Below are positions 29,349-39,060 of a DNA stretch of 64,000 nt, one piece after another. Under the pieces are notes generated by a model, which was not told where the DNA came from, did no database searches, and saw only the letters and a program-made list of their open reading frames with translations. This DNA comes from an uncultured Actinomycetes bacterium. GTDB lineage: Bacteria > Actinomycetota > Thermoleophilia > RBG-16-64-13. The stretch's first letter is position 1, and every line of letters starts with the position of its first letter. The stretch is from positions 129,604 through 193,603 of the forward strand of contig CAWFCN010000001.1 in NCBI GenBank assembly GCA_963814415.1, read 5' to 3'. Both the position numbers and the translations under genes were made by a program.

Positions 29349-30608
29349 GTGGACACACTGCTCGGAGTAGTAGTCGGCATCGTGGGACTGGGGTTGTTGG
29401 TGCTCGTGCACGAGTTCGGGCACTTCATGGTGGCCAAGTTGACACGCATGCGCGTGGAGGAGTTCAGTCTGGGTTTCGGACCCTACCTGGTGAAGAAGAG
29501 GTGGGGCGAGACGGTGTACGGCATCTCTGCCGTTCCGCTGGGCGGATATGTGCGGGTCACCGGCATGCACAAACAGGAGTTCGAGGAGCGGGTCGCGGAT
29601 CTTCGCGAGATCGAGGCTGAGGAAGCAGCCAGGCAGGCGGAGAGGGACCGTGAGGATACGGTCTCCGTGGACGCGCCTGAGATCACGCCGCCCAAAGGGA
29701 AGAAGAAGCGGCGGAGCCGCGATCCAGAAGACGCGCTGACGGGCAAGCGGGCGCTCACCGCCGACGAGATAGCGTCGACGCCCCTCGAGCGCCGCTACTA
29801 CTCGCACCCGCTGTGGCACAAACTGCTCTTCATCGTGGCCGGCGTGGCCATGAACGCCATCGTGGCGTTCGCTCTGCTGTACGTTGTGGGACTGGTCGAA
29901 GGCGAGAGTATCGCGACAGCGGTTGTGGGAACGGTAGCGCCGGGCTCGGGCGCGGCTCAGGCGGGAGTGCAGCCCGACGACCGCATCGTCAGCATCGCCG
30001 GCGAGTCCACCGACAACTGGCGCACGCTGCAATGGGTCGTGATCAAGCACAAGGGCGATTCTGTCACCATCGTGGTGGAGCGTGACGGCCAGGTCATCAC
30101 TCTGCCGGACAAGGCGACCATAGGCCAAGACTCCGAGGGACTAGGCCTGCTGGGCATCAGTTGGGGAGGCGAGGTGATTGCCCACGACTTGGGTGTAGGT
30201 GGTAGCTTCGGCTATGCCGCCAGGCAGTTCGGCAGCGTGGTCAAGCTCACCATCGACGGCATCGGCATGATGTTCACCCGCGATGTGCCCGTAATGGGCT
30301 CTAGCGGAGTCGCCGGTGTGATAGGCATCGTGCAGATGTCCGGGGAGATGGTCAGCAGAGGTGCCGCGGCCTACCTGTATTTCGTGGCTCTAATCAGTGT
30401 GAATCTGGCTCTGCTCAACATGCTGCCTCTGCTTCCCCTCGACGGTGGTCACTTCGTCTACGCGATAGTTGAGCGCATAAGGAGACGCCCGGTCTCGCTG
30501 AAGGTGTTCGAGCGCATATCTATGGCCGGCTTCGCGCTGGTCGCGGTGCTGTTCGTGTTGTCTCTATACAACGACATCGGACGGCTGTTCACCGGCCTTC
30601 CGCAATGA
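29349..30608 (+). CDS. rseP: Site-2 protease (RseP/Rip1 family zinc metalloprotease)
   Basis: HEFGHFMVAK (HExxH) is in TM1. A PDZ domain and C-terminal LDG motif are present (LPLLPLDGGH). A charged ~70-aa insert follows TM1. Confidence 0.85.
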   Translation: MDTLLGVVVGIVGLGLLVLVHEFGHFMVAKLTRMRVEEFSLGFGPYLVKKRWGETVYGISAVPLGGYVRVTGMHKQEFEERVADLREIEAEEAARQAERDREDTVSVDAPEITPPKGKKKRRSRDPEDALTGKRALTADEIASTPLERRYYSHPLWHKLLFIVAGVAMNAIVAFALLYVVGLVEGESIATAVVGTVAPGSGAAQAGVQPDDRIVSIAGESTDNWRTLQWVVIKHKGDSVTIVVERDGQVITLPDKATIGQDSEGLGLLGISWGGEVIAHDLGVGGSFGYAARQFGSVVKLTIDGIGMMFTRDVPVMGSSGVAGVIGIVQMSGEMVSRGAAAYLYFVALISVNLALLNMLPLLPLDGGHFVYAIVERIRRRPVSLKVFERISMAGFALVAVLFVLSLYNDIGRLFTGLPQ

Positions 30609-31694
30609 GTGACCGTGGGTAGCCGGGCACAAGCGAACGTTGGCGGGGTGCTGGTGGGCGGGGGAGCCCCCGTGGTCATCCAGTCCATGACGAACACCCG
30701 TACCGACGACGTGGTGGCGACCCTCGGCCAGATCAGAGCGTTGGCCACCGCCGGCGCCCAGTTGGTGCGAGTGGCCGTGCCCGACCAAGCAGCAGCGGCA
30801 GCCTTGAGCGCGCTGGTAGCCGAGTCGCCGGTGCCGCTTATCGCCGATGTGCACTTCGACCACGAGTTGGCCGTGGCTGCGGTCAAGGCCGGCGCTGCCG
30901 GGGTGCGGATCAACCCGGGCAACATCGGGGGGCGCGACAAGGTGCGCGCCGTGGTCGAGGCCGCGGCTGAGTACGGCGCCGCCATCCGAGTGGGCGTCAA
31001 CAGCGGCTCGCTCGAGCGTGACCTGAGGGAGCGCGAGAGTTCGGACCCGGCGGGCGCTCTGGTGGAATCGGCGGTGCGAAACTGTGCCCTGGTGGAGCAG
31101 ATGAACTACCAGAATCTCAAGGTCTCGGTGAAGTCCTCGTCCCCGCAGGTGACCATAGCCGCCAACCGTGAGCTGGCGAAGAGGGTGCCGTATCCGCTGC
31201 ATGTAGGGGTCACCGAGGCTGGCACTGTGCACAGCGGCGGCATCAGGAGTGCTGTGGCCCTGGGGGTCCTGTTGGCAGAGGGGATCGGCGACACCATAAG
31301 GGTGTCGCTCACGGGTGACCCCGTGGAAGAGGTACGCGTCGCCCAGGAGATCCTGCGTGCTCTGGGCCTCATGCCGCAGGGCGCTCACGTGATCTCGTGC
31401 CCCACCTGCGGGCGCACTCGCATCGACTTGGAACCGTTGGCGTTGGAGGTCGAGCGTCGGCTTGCAGACGAAGGTCTGGAGCTTGAGGTCGCGGTCATGG
31501 GCTGCGTGGTAAACGGACCGGGAGAGGCGCGCAAGGCCGATTTCGGCATAGCGGGCGGAGACGGTGAGGGTGTGGTCTTCGCCAAAGGGAAGCCGGTCCG
31601 CAAGGTGGCGGAGCCTGAGCTAGTGGACGCTCTCTTCGCTGAAATAGCCCGTCGCGGCGGCCCAGGGCCATCCAAGGACGACGCGGCCTGCTAG
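30609..31694 (+). CDS. ispG: 4-hydroxy-3-methylbut-2-enyl diphosphate synthase
   Basis: GcpE family. APVVIQSMTNT is present. CPTCGRT and the downstream C-terminal Cys residues form the [4Fe-4S] ligand cluster. Confidence 0.95.
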   Translation: MTVGSRAQANVGGVLVGGGAPVVIQSMTNTRTDDVVATLGQIRALATAGAQLVRVAVPDQAAAAALSALVAESPVPLIADVHFDHELAVAAVKAGAAGVRINPGNIGGRDKVRAVVEAAAEYGAAIRVGVNSGSLERDLRERESSDPAGALVESAVRNCALVEQMNYQNLKVSVKSSSPQVTIAANRELAKRVPYPLHVGVTEAGTVHSGGIRSAVALGVLLAEGIGDTIRVSLTGDPVEEVRVAQEILRALGLMPQGAHVISCPTCGRTRIDLEPLALEVERRLADEGLELEVAVMGCVVNGPGEARKADFGIAGGDGEGVVFAKGKPVRKVAEPELVDALFAEIARRGGPGPSKDDAAC

Positions 31695-31760
31695 ACTTTT
31701 GCTCTAGTTCTCGTGCGGTGCTCGTTCCGCGCGAGCCCAAGGGATCCAGAGGAGGAGCCG

Positions 31761-33485
31761 ATGCGGGCTACCGCGCTTTTCATGCCCACGGTCAAAGAAG
31801 ACCCTGCCGACGCCGAGGCCATCAGCCACAAGTTGATGGTGCGGGGCGGTTTCGTCCGCCAGTTCGCGTCGGGCATCTACGTGTTCTTGCCGCTAGGCTG
31901 GCGCGTCATGAACCGCGTCTTCAAGATCCTGCGGGAAGAGATGGACGCCATCGGGGCACTCGAGATGTCCATGCCCTCGCTGCACACGGCAGACGTGTGG
32001 CAGGCCACGGGCAGGTATGGCGGCATAGGCCAAGAGATGTTCCGCCTCCAGGACCGCGGCGGCCGCGACATGGTGCTTGCCATGACCCACGAGGAGATCT
32101 TCGCCTGGCTTGCGGCTAGAGAGTTGCGCTCCTATCGCGACCTACCGCAGATCTGGTACCAACTGCAACTCAAGTTCCGCGACGAACCACGGCCCAAGGG
32201 CGGCGTGCTTAGGGTGCGCGAGTTCGTCATGAAGGACTCCTATTCGTTCGACTTGGACGAGGCGGGGCTGGATAAGAGCTATCAGAAGCACATCGAGGCC
32301 TATGACCGCATCTGCACGCGCTGCGGCATCGAGTTCTACCGGGTGGAAAGTGACAGTGGTTTCATGGGCGGAGCGCAGGCGCACGAGTACATAGCGCCGT
32401 CGCCCGCCGGTGAGGACCGCATAGCGGTGTGTGCAGCGTGCGGCTATTCCGCCAACCTGGAGATGGCGCGATCGGTGGCGCAGGCGGCGGCGACGGCTAT
32501 TGCCTCGACAGGCAGTGGACCTCATGAGGTGGACACCCCCGAAGAGCGCACCATCGAACAGGTGTCGACGTTCCTGAAAGTGCCGGCGACCGGGATCATC
32601 AAGGCCTTGGTCTACATGGCAGGCGACCAGGCGGTCATGGCTCTGGTACGCGGTGACCATAGCTTGCACGAGAGCAAGTTGGCCAGGCACCTGAAGCGAG
32701 AGGTCCGGGCGGCGGGCGCCGAGGAGGTCAAAGAAGTCACGGGTGCGGAAGTGGGCTTTGTCGGACCGTTCGGCCTACCGGCAGACACGAGACTGCGCAT
32801 CGTGGCCGATGAGGCCCTGCGCCCAGAGGCGAGCCCGCGCGCGTACGCGGCGGGCGCCAACAAACTCCACACCCATCTGCTGGGTGTGGTTGTGGGCAGA
32901 GACTTCCAGCCCGAGTTCGCCGACCTGCGTGAGGCCGAAGAGGGCGACGGTTGCCCCGAATGTGGGAAGCCTTTGGAAGTCAAGCAGGGTATCGAGGTGG
33001 GCAACATCTTCAAGCTGGGTACGAAGTACTCGGCACCGCTGGGCGCCACGGTACTGGATGAGTCTGGAGCCGAGCGGCCGATCATCATGGGTTCATATGG
33101 CATCGGCCCGGCGCGCATCGCGGCCGCCGCGGTCGAGCAACGCTCGGACGAGCGTGGCATCGTCTGGCCCAAGTCGATCGCTCCGTTCGACGTCCATCTG
33201 GTTCAAGTCCAAGTGAAGGACGAGACGCAGACCGGTGTCGCGTCCGCCCTGCACGACCAGTTGTCCGCGGAAGGCTGGGAAGTCCTCTGGGACGACCGGG
33301 ACGAGCGACCAGGGTTCAAGTTCGCAGACGCCGAGTTGATCGGGTGCCCGGTAAGGATCACCGTGGGCAAGAGGGCCGGCGAGGGCGTGGTGGAGGTGCA
33401 GCCGCGCAGGGGTGGCGAACGCCAGGAAGTCACTTTGGCCGAATGCGGTGCTGTGGTGCGGAGTCTTTGGGAAGCGGCCGGATAG
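31761..33485 (+). CDS. proS: Prolyl-tRNA synthetase
   Basis: Class II aaRS motifs, an editing domain and an anticodon-binding domain are present. ATG 31761 follows a GGAGGAG RBS. The ORF track starts at 31713. Confidence 0.95.
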   Translation: MRATALFMPTVKEDPADAEAISHKLMVRGGFVRQFASGIYVFLPLGWRVMNRVFKILREEMDAIGALEMSMPSLHTADVWQATGRYGGIGQEMFRLQDRGGRDMVLAMTHEEIFAWLAARELRSYRDLPQIWYQLQLKFRDEPRPKGGVLRVREFVMKDSYSFDLDEAGLDKSYQKHIEAYDRICTRCGIEFYRVESDSGFMGGAQAHEYIAPSPAGEDRIAVCAACGYSANLEMARSVAQAAATAIASTGSGPHEVDTPEERTIEQVSTFLKVPATGIIKALVYMAGDQAVMALVRGDHSLHESKLARHLKREVRAAGAEEVKEVTGAEVGFVGPFGLPADTRLRIVADEALRPEASPRAYAAGANKLHTHLLGVVVGRDFQPEFADLREAEEGDGCPECGKPLEVKQGIEVGNIFKLGTKYSAPLGATVLDESGAERPIIMGSYGIGPARIAAAAVEQRSDERGIVWPKSIAPFDVHLVQVQVKDETQTGVASALHDQLSAEGWEVLWDDRDERPGFKFADAELIGCPVRITVGKRAGEGVVEVQPRRGGERQEVTLAECGAVVRSLWEAAG

Positions 33486-33532
33486 TCATGGTATAATCCT
33501 TCGGCAAAAGCAAAAGCCATGTTGTGGAACCA

Positions 33533-33560
33533 GTGGGTGCGGTAAGGCCCACTTTTGTTT
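33533..33560 (+). terminator. Intrinsic terminator-like hairpin + TTTTGTTTT in the proS-rimP spacer
   Basis: The sequence is GTGGGT-gcggtaag-GCCCAC followed by ttttgtttt. It is preceded by an extended -10 element (TGgTATAAT at 33490-33498). It may be the proS terminator and/or a leader attenuator of the rimP-nusA-infB operon. Confidence 0.45.
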
Positions 33561-33570
33561 TACTTGAGGT

Positions 33571-34032
33571 ATGAGAGTCATGGCACTGAGTGAAACCTGG
33601 TTGCAGCATGTCATCGACCGGGAGGTCGAGGGCGTAGAGTTGGTGTTGCTGGAGCAGGCCGGTGGCAAACAGCAGAAGGTCGTGAGGCTTTACATCGACC
33701 ACGTGGCCGGTGTGACCCACGATTTGTGCGGAAGGGTATCCGAAGCAGTAGGCAAGGCGTTGGACGAAGAGCAGACGTTCGGCGGGGCCTACACGCTGGA
33801 GGTCAGTTCTCCTGGGCTGGAGCGGCCCCTGCGCAAGCGGGAGCACTTCGAGCGACAGGTGGGCAAGAAAGTGTACGTAAAGACCAGAGTGCCCGTTGAT
33901 GGCGCCAAGGTCTGGCAGGGTAGGTTGGCGGAAGTAACGCCGGACACGGTGCTCGTCGAAGATGGAGCGAAGCGGGTGAGTATCCCGCTGAGTGACATCG
34001 GTAGCGCTCATTTGATATTCGAGTTCGAATAG
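33571..34032 (+). CDS. rimP: Ribosome maturation factor RimP
   Basis: LYIDHVAGVTHDLCGRVSEAV...LEVSSPGLERPL is typical RimP. Confidence 0.9.
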   Translation: MRVMALSETWLQHVIDREVEGVELVLLEQAGGKQQKVVRLYIDHVAGVTHDLCGRVSEAVGKALDEEQTFGGAYTLEVSSPGLERPLRKREHFERQVGKKVYVKTRVPVDGAKVWQGRLAEVTPDTVLVEDGAKRVSIPLSDIGSAHLIFEFE

Positions 34033-34042
34033 GGGGAAGGGG

Positions 34043-35212
34043 ATGAACAAAGAGACAATAGAGGCTCTTCGCCAAATAGAGAAAGAGAAGAGCATTCCCT
34101 TCGACCTGCTCATCGAGGCTTTGGAAGATGCTCTTCATTCGGCGTATCAGAAGACTCCGCACGCGGTTCCTTTCTCTGAGGTGAAGATCGATCAGGACAC
34201 TGGCGAGATACGGGTGTTCGAGCTCATCTTTCCACCCGGGCAAGAGCCGGTCATAGAGGACGAAGAGACTGAGATCGACACGTCCATGGCCGAGCGTGAG
34301 GAGATAACTCCTGAGGACTTTGGGCGCATCGCGGCGCAGACGGCCAAGCAGGTCATCTACCAGCGCATCCGCGAGGCGGAACAAGGCATCGTGTTCCATG
34401 AATATGCGAGCCGTATCGGTGAGATAGTCACCGGCATCGTCCAGCAGTCTGACAGCCGGTACACCCTTGTCGATCTAGGCAGGGTGGAGGCCCGGCTGCC
34501 AAAGGGCGAACAGGTGAACACAGAGCGCTACGAGCACGGCATGCGTTTGAAGGCGGTCATAAAGGAGGTCTCCCAGAATCCCAAGGAGCCGCCGATCATT
34601 CTCTCGCGGCGCAGTGAGGAGCTGGTGCGCAGACTGTTCGAGTTGGAAGTCCCGGAGATCTCAGACGGACTGGTGGAGATAGTCGGGGTGGCTCGCGAGC
34701 CAGGGTATCGTTCGAAGATCTCCGTCGTATCGCATAGTGATGGCGTCGATCCTGTGGGCGCCTGTGTCGGTCCCAGGGGTTCGCGCGTGCGCATGGTAGT
34801 TTCGGAGCTGCGGGGCGAGAAGATCGACATCATCCCGTTCGACCAGGAGCCCGCGCGTTTTGTAGCCAAGGCGCTCTCTCCGGCGCGCGTGCGCGAGGTC
34901 ATCCTTGACGACGAGCAGCGCGAAGCCACTGTTGTGGTCCCTGACGACCAACTGTCGCTTGCCATAGGCAAGGATGGTCAGAACGCCAGGCTTGCCAATA
35001 GGCTCACGGGGTGGAAGATAGATATCAAGTCTGAGACCGAGATGAACGACGATGAGACGGTGTACACCACCACCGAACACGAATCGGTCACGGTAGATGG
35101 GCGCTGCCACGCATTGACGTCAGGCGGGAAGCGTTGTCCCAACGCTGCCCTGCCCGGGAGTCTATACTGCGGAATGCCTCAGCATCAGGAACTAGCCGGT
35201 GGGGGATCCTGA
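34043..35212 (+). CDS. nusA: Transcription termination/antitermination protein NusA with a C-terminal Cys-rich tail
   Basis: The N-terminal domain, S1 domain and two KH domains are present. The last ~35 aa contain C-x9-C-x10-C-x4-H. Confidence 0.95.
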   Translation: MNKETIEALRQIEKEKSIPFDLLIEALEDALHSAYQKTPHAVPFSEVKIDQDTGEIRVFELIFPPGQEPVIEDEETEIDTSMAEREEITPEDFGRIAAQTAKQVIYQRIREAEQGIVFHEYASRIGEIVTGIVQQSDSRYTLVDLGRVEARLPKGEQVNTERYEHGMRLKAVIKEVSQNPKEPPIILSRRSEELVRRLFELEVPEISDGLVEIVGVAREPGYRSKISVVSHSDGVDPVGACVGPRGSRVRMVVSELRGEKIDIIPFDQEPARFVAKALSPARVREVILDDEQREATVVVPDDQLSLAIGKDGQNARLANRLTGWKIDIKSETEMNDDETVYTTTEHESVTVDGRCHALTSGGKRCPNAALPGSLYCGMPQHQELAGGGS

Positions 35213-35489
35213 GCGACAGTGCATCGGCTGTGGGCGTCGCGGCCCGCAGGGCGGCTTTGTTCGCCTGATGGTGTCGAGCGAGAGTGACGCGAAGATGGTG
35301 GTGGTCGCTGACAGCAAGGGACACAGCGGTCGCGGAGCGTATTTGTGCAGAAGGCAGGCCTGTCTAGAGAGGGCTCTTTTGCGAAAAGCCTTTCAGAGGG
35401 CATTCCGGACGTCGGTCGAAATTGATAGGGACCGCCTGGAAGCGGCGGTAATGAATAACGAGGGACCCGGCGGGTCCGACTGTAGGTAG
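35199..35489 (+). CDS. ylxR: YlxR/RnpM-family (DUF448) RNA-binding protein
   Basis: The GDPERQCIGCG motif is present. Its position between nusA and infB is conserved. Confidence 0.8.
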   Translation: MGDPERQCIGCGRRGPQGGFVRLMVSSESDAKMVVVADSKGHSGRGAYLCRRQACLERALLRKAFQRAFRTSVEIDRDRLEAAVMNNEGPGGSDCR

Positions 35490-35494
35490 AGACT

Positions 35495-38341
35495 GTGGCC
35501 AAGAGACGCATCTACGACATAGCCAAGGACAAGGGCCTGACCAGCCAAGAGCTGCTGGAACGCCTGCAGTCCGCGGGTCTGGACGTCAAGACCAGCGCGT
35601 CGAGCGTGGAGGAGTCAGAGGCTGAGCGAGTGCTGGGCGGCAAGGCGAAGCCGGCGGCTGCCAAGGCCGCGGCAAAACCCAGTCCCGCTAAACCGGCTGT
35701 TGAGCGGGCAAAGGCCGCCAAGCCCTCTGAAGCGAAGGCAGAAGGGGCTGTAGTCGGTCCGAAGGCCGCGGTCGAGAAGCCGGCGGTCCCCAAAGACGCC
35801 GTCGAGAAGCCCGTGGCGCCCAAGTCGGAGCCCGCCAAGCCAGAAGGAGCGCCGGCCGCGGAACCTAGAAGGACTGAAGAGCCGGGGGCGGCGGGGCGCA
35901 AGCCGCCACTCAGGCCGCGCACTCGCGGGCCGCGTCTGGACAACCTGCCCACGGTGGTCGGTCCGGGCGTGCCGCTACGCAAGGGAGTGAAGCCGCCGGA
36001 TCATGTACTCACCAAAGAAGAATTGGCCCGTCTTCAGGCTCAGAGACTGGCAGAGGCCGAAGAGGCGCGCAAAGCGGCAGCTTCGGCTAGACCTGCTCCC
36101 CCGGCAGAGGGGGAGAGGGGTCCGGTCCAGGGACGTCCCCCCGCGGGACGCCCCGCGCCAAACGGCCGCCCCCCCATGGCTCGGCCGTCGTTCGCTCCAG
36201 GCCGGCCTCCGGTCGGTGGGCGCCCGGCGCCAACTGCGCCGGTAGGCACTGCGAGTCGTCCTCCGGTGGGCGCCGGCAAACCACGCAAGCCAGGCTTCGC
36301 GCGGGAGACGGTGGAGCGTCGGGAACGTCCGCAGCGGGAAGCTTCTGTACCGATTCCGGACATCTGGGCTGAGGCCGCTGAGGCCACAGGCCTGGTGGCA
36401 CCGAGCCAACCGCCTGCTGCGGCCAGGGTGCGTCGTGGTGACGACAAGCCCGCCAAGCGGCGAGTGATCATCGACTCGCAGGCGGGACGCAAGGGTGGTA
36501 GGGGCAATTTCAGAGACAGGCGGGGCCCGGGTGGCCCTGACACAGAGAGAGTCGCGCCGAAGAAGAAGGCGCCTCCCGGAACGGAAACACCTGTTCGGAT
36601 AAAGAGCGGAGCCAGCGTCAAAGACATGGGCGAGGCTCTTGAGCTGGGTGCGGGCGAACTCATCAAGACGCTGATGCGCTTGGGCGAAATGGTCACCATC
36701 ACGCAGTCGTTGTCTGACGATGCCATAGTCATCTTGGCCGAGGAGTTCGAACGCAAGGTCGAGATAGAGCACGCCCAGGAAGAAGTGGAAAGCGTCGATG
36801 TCTTCACGGATGACCCCGCGGATCTGACCCCGAGGGCACCCGTCGTCACGATCATGGGCCATGTGGACCATGGAAAGACCTCACTTCTGGATGCCATTCG
36901 TGAGACTGAGGTAGTGAAGGGCGAGGCCGGTGGCATCACTCAGCACATAGGTGCCTACCAGGTCACCCACAAGGAGAAGAAGGTCACCTTCCTTGACACT
37001 CCAGGCCACGAGGCCTTCACCGCCATGCGTGCACGAGGGGCGAAGTCGACCGACATAGCCGTGATCGTGGTGGCGGCCAATGACGGCGTGATGCCGCAGA
37101 CCCTGGAGGCCATCAGCCACGCCAAACTGGCGGAAGTGCCCATACTGGTAGCAATCAACAAGATGGATCTGCCTGACGCGAACCCAGACCATGTCAAGAA
37201 GCAGCTATCGGACGAGGGGCTGGTACCTGAGGCGTGGGGCGGGGAGACCGTGGTTGTGGAGGTTTCGGCTAAGCAGAAGCTCAACCTCGACGATCTCATG
37301 GATATGATCCTGCTGGTCGCTGAAGTGCAGGAGTTGAAGGCCAATGCGAAGGCCGCGGCGTCAGGAGTAGTCATCGAGGCTCAGCTGGACGTGGGGCGCG
37401 GTCCGGTCGCCACTGTCCTCGTGCAGCGCGGCACGCTGAAGGTGGGCGACTCACTGGCCTGCGGTGAAGCATATGGCAAAGTGAAGGCCATGTTCGACTT
37501 CTTGGGCAACGTGCTCCTGAAGGCTGGCCCCTCGGTACCCGTGCAGATTCTGGGCTTCAACACTCTGCCCGCCGCCGGAGACTTCGTCTTGGTGGTCAAA
37601 GACGAGCGGGAGGCGCGTCAGAAGGCCGAACAGCGTACTGCTCGTCTTAGGCAGGAGCAGCTGGCCAAAAGAAGTGACGGCACTAGCAGTCTGGAGGAGT
37701 TCTACCGGCGCCTCAAAGAGGACCGGGTCAAGGAACTACCGCTGCTTATCAAGGGTGATGTGGGCGGCTCGGTGGAGGCGCTCGAAGAGGCGCTGCAGAA
37801 CATCTCCCACCCGGAGGTCAAAGTGGTAGTGGTGTTCTCCGGGGTCGGCGGCATCAACGAGTCGGATATCCTCTTGGCGTCCGCTTCCAAGGCGGTCGTC
37901 ATCGGTTTCAACGTCCGTCCCTCGGCCGCTGCCAAGACCTTGGCGGAGCAGGAGCAGGTGGACGTGCGTACCTATCGGGTCATTTACAAAGCCATCGAAG
38001 ACGTAGAGGCAGCTCTGGTCGGCATGCTGGAGCCGGAACAGGTAGAGGAAGAGTTGGGCACGGCGGAGGTCCGCCAAGTGTTCCATGCTTCCAAGATCGG
38101 CACGATCGCTGGGTGCTACGTGCTGACCGGCAAGCTGACCCGGTCTGCCAAGATGCGTCTGCTGCGCGATGGCAAGATCGTCCACGAGGGCACGATCAGC
38201 ACGCTCAGGCGGTTCGCGGACGATGCCCGCGAGGTTCAGTCCGGATATGAATGCGGCCTTCACCTCGACGGGTTTGACGACATACACGAGGGCGACGTCA
38301 TTGAAGCCTACGAGATCAAGGAAGTAGCCCGTACTCAATAG
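35495..38341 (+). CDS. infB: Translation initiation factor IF-2
   Basis: [15 protein letters not shown] is the N-terminus. A long Ala/Pro/Lys-rich linker is followed by a GTPase domain ([24 protein letters not shown]) and a C-terminal beta-barrel. Confidence 0.95.
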   Translation: MAKRRIYDIAKDKGLTSQELLERLQSAGLDVKTSASSVEESEAERVLGGKAKPAAAKAAAKPSPAKPAVERAKAAKPSEAKAEGAVVGPKAAVEKPAVPKDAVEKPVAPKSEPAKPEGAPAAEPRRTEEPGAAGRKPPLRPRTRGPRLDNLPTVVGPGVPLRKGVKPPDHVLTKEELARLQAQRLAEAEEARKAAASARPAPPAEGERGPVQGRPPAGRPAPNGRPPMARPSFAPGRPPVGGRPAPTAPVGTASRPPVGAGKPRKPGFARETVERRERPQREASVPIPDIWAEAAEATGLVAPSQPPAAARVRRGDDKPAKRRVIIDSQAGRKGGRGNFRDRRGPGGPDTERVAPKKKAPPGTETPVRIKSGASVKDMGEALELGAGELIKTLMRLGEMVTITQSLSDDAIVILAEEFERKVEIEHAQEEVESVDVFTDDPADLTPRAPVVTIMGHVDHGKTSLLDAIRETEVVKGEAGGITQHIGAYQVTHKEKKVTFLDTPGHEAFTAMRARGAKSTDIAVIVVAANDGVMPQTLEAISHAKLAEVPILVAINKMDLPDANPDHVKKQLSDEGLVPEAWGGETVVVEVSAKQKLNLDDLMDMILLVAEVQELKANAKAAASGVVIEAQLDVGRGPVATVLVQRGTLKVGDSLACGEAYGKVKAMFDFLGNVLLKAGPSVPVQILGFNTLPAAGDFVLVVKDEREARQKAEQRTARLRQEQLAKRSDGTSSLEEFYRRLKEDRVKELPLLIKGDVGGSVEALEEALQNISHPEVKVVVVFSGVGGINESDILLASASKAVVIGFNVRPSAAAKTLAEQEQVDVRTYRVIYKAIEDVEAALVGMLEPEQVEEELGTAEVRQVFHASKIGTIAGCYVLTGKLTRSAKMRLLRDGKIVHEGTISTLRRFADDAREVQSGYECGLHLDGFDDIHEGDVIEAYEIKEVARTQ

Positions 38342-38417
38342 GAGTGGCAAGGGGTTCGTCGGCATCCTGACGGCCGATCTGTACTTCCCAGAGAACGGCT
38401 CCCTCAAAGGCAAGCGG

Positions 38418-38642
38418 ATGTACCTCAGGCGGATCAGGGATCAAGTGAACCGCCATCACGGAGCTTCATTCGCGGAGGTGGGCCACCAGGATCTTTGGCA
38501 GCGGTCGCGGGTGGTCTGCGCCGTGGCTGCGTCGGATCTACAGGTTCTGGAGGGCACTTTGGACCGGCTGCGGACGTACTTGGATACGCAGGAATGGACG
38601 CTGACTTCTTCGGTCACAGAGGTGGTGGATATCGATGCGTAA
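38418..38642 (+). CDS. DUF503 (YlxP-like) protein; conserved N-terminus lies upstream of the first canonical start
   Basis: ASFAEVGHQDLWQRSRVVCAVAASD matches DUF503. The in-frame upstream sequence (38340-38417, GFVGILTADLYFPENGSLKGKR) matches the family N-terminus. It contains no ATG/GTG/TTG. Confidence 0.65.
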   Translation: MYLRRIRDQVNRHHGASFAEVGHQDLWQRSRVVCAVAASDLQVLEGTLDRLRTYLDTQEWTLTSSVTEVVDIDA

Positions 38643-39060
38643 CGTAGATTCGTATCGCATGCGCAGAGTCAATGAGGCGATCAAAGAGATCATCGGAACG
38701 GCGCTCTCGCAAGACCTGAAAGACCCGCGCATAGGTTTCGTGACGCTCACCGGTGTCGAGACAGCCCCTGACCTCTCGCATGCCAAGGTGTTCGTCTCGG
38801 TCTACGGCAAGCAGTCAGAGAAGGACTCCACCCTGGAGGGGCTGCGGGCGGCGCGGCCGTTTCTTCAGCGGCTCATCAGCGACGAGCTGGACCTAAGGCG
38901 CACTCCAATGCTGCACTTTGTGTACGACGCCACCATCGACAAGGGCATGCACATCCAGGCGATACTGAAGTCGGCGGGAGCAGAGGGGCTTGCGCCCGAG
39001 AACGACCCGCTTGAGGACAAGGGCGGCTCCGTGGATTCAGAGGGTGAAGCGCCTTCATGA
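38635..39060 (+). CDS. rbfA: Ribosome-binding factor A
   Basis: RVNEAIKEIIGTAL...PRIGFVTLTGVE...LRRTPMLHF is typical RbfA. Confidence 0.9.
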   Translation: MRNVDSYRMRRVNEAIKEIIGTALSQDLKDPRIGFVTLTGVETAPDLSHAKVFVSVYGKQSEKDSTLEGLRAARPFLQRLISDELDLRRTPMLHFVYDATIDKGMHIQAILKSAGAEGLAPENDPLEDKGGSVDSEGEAPS

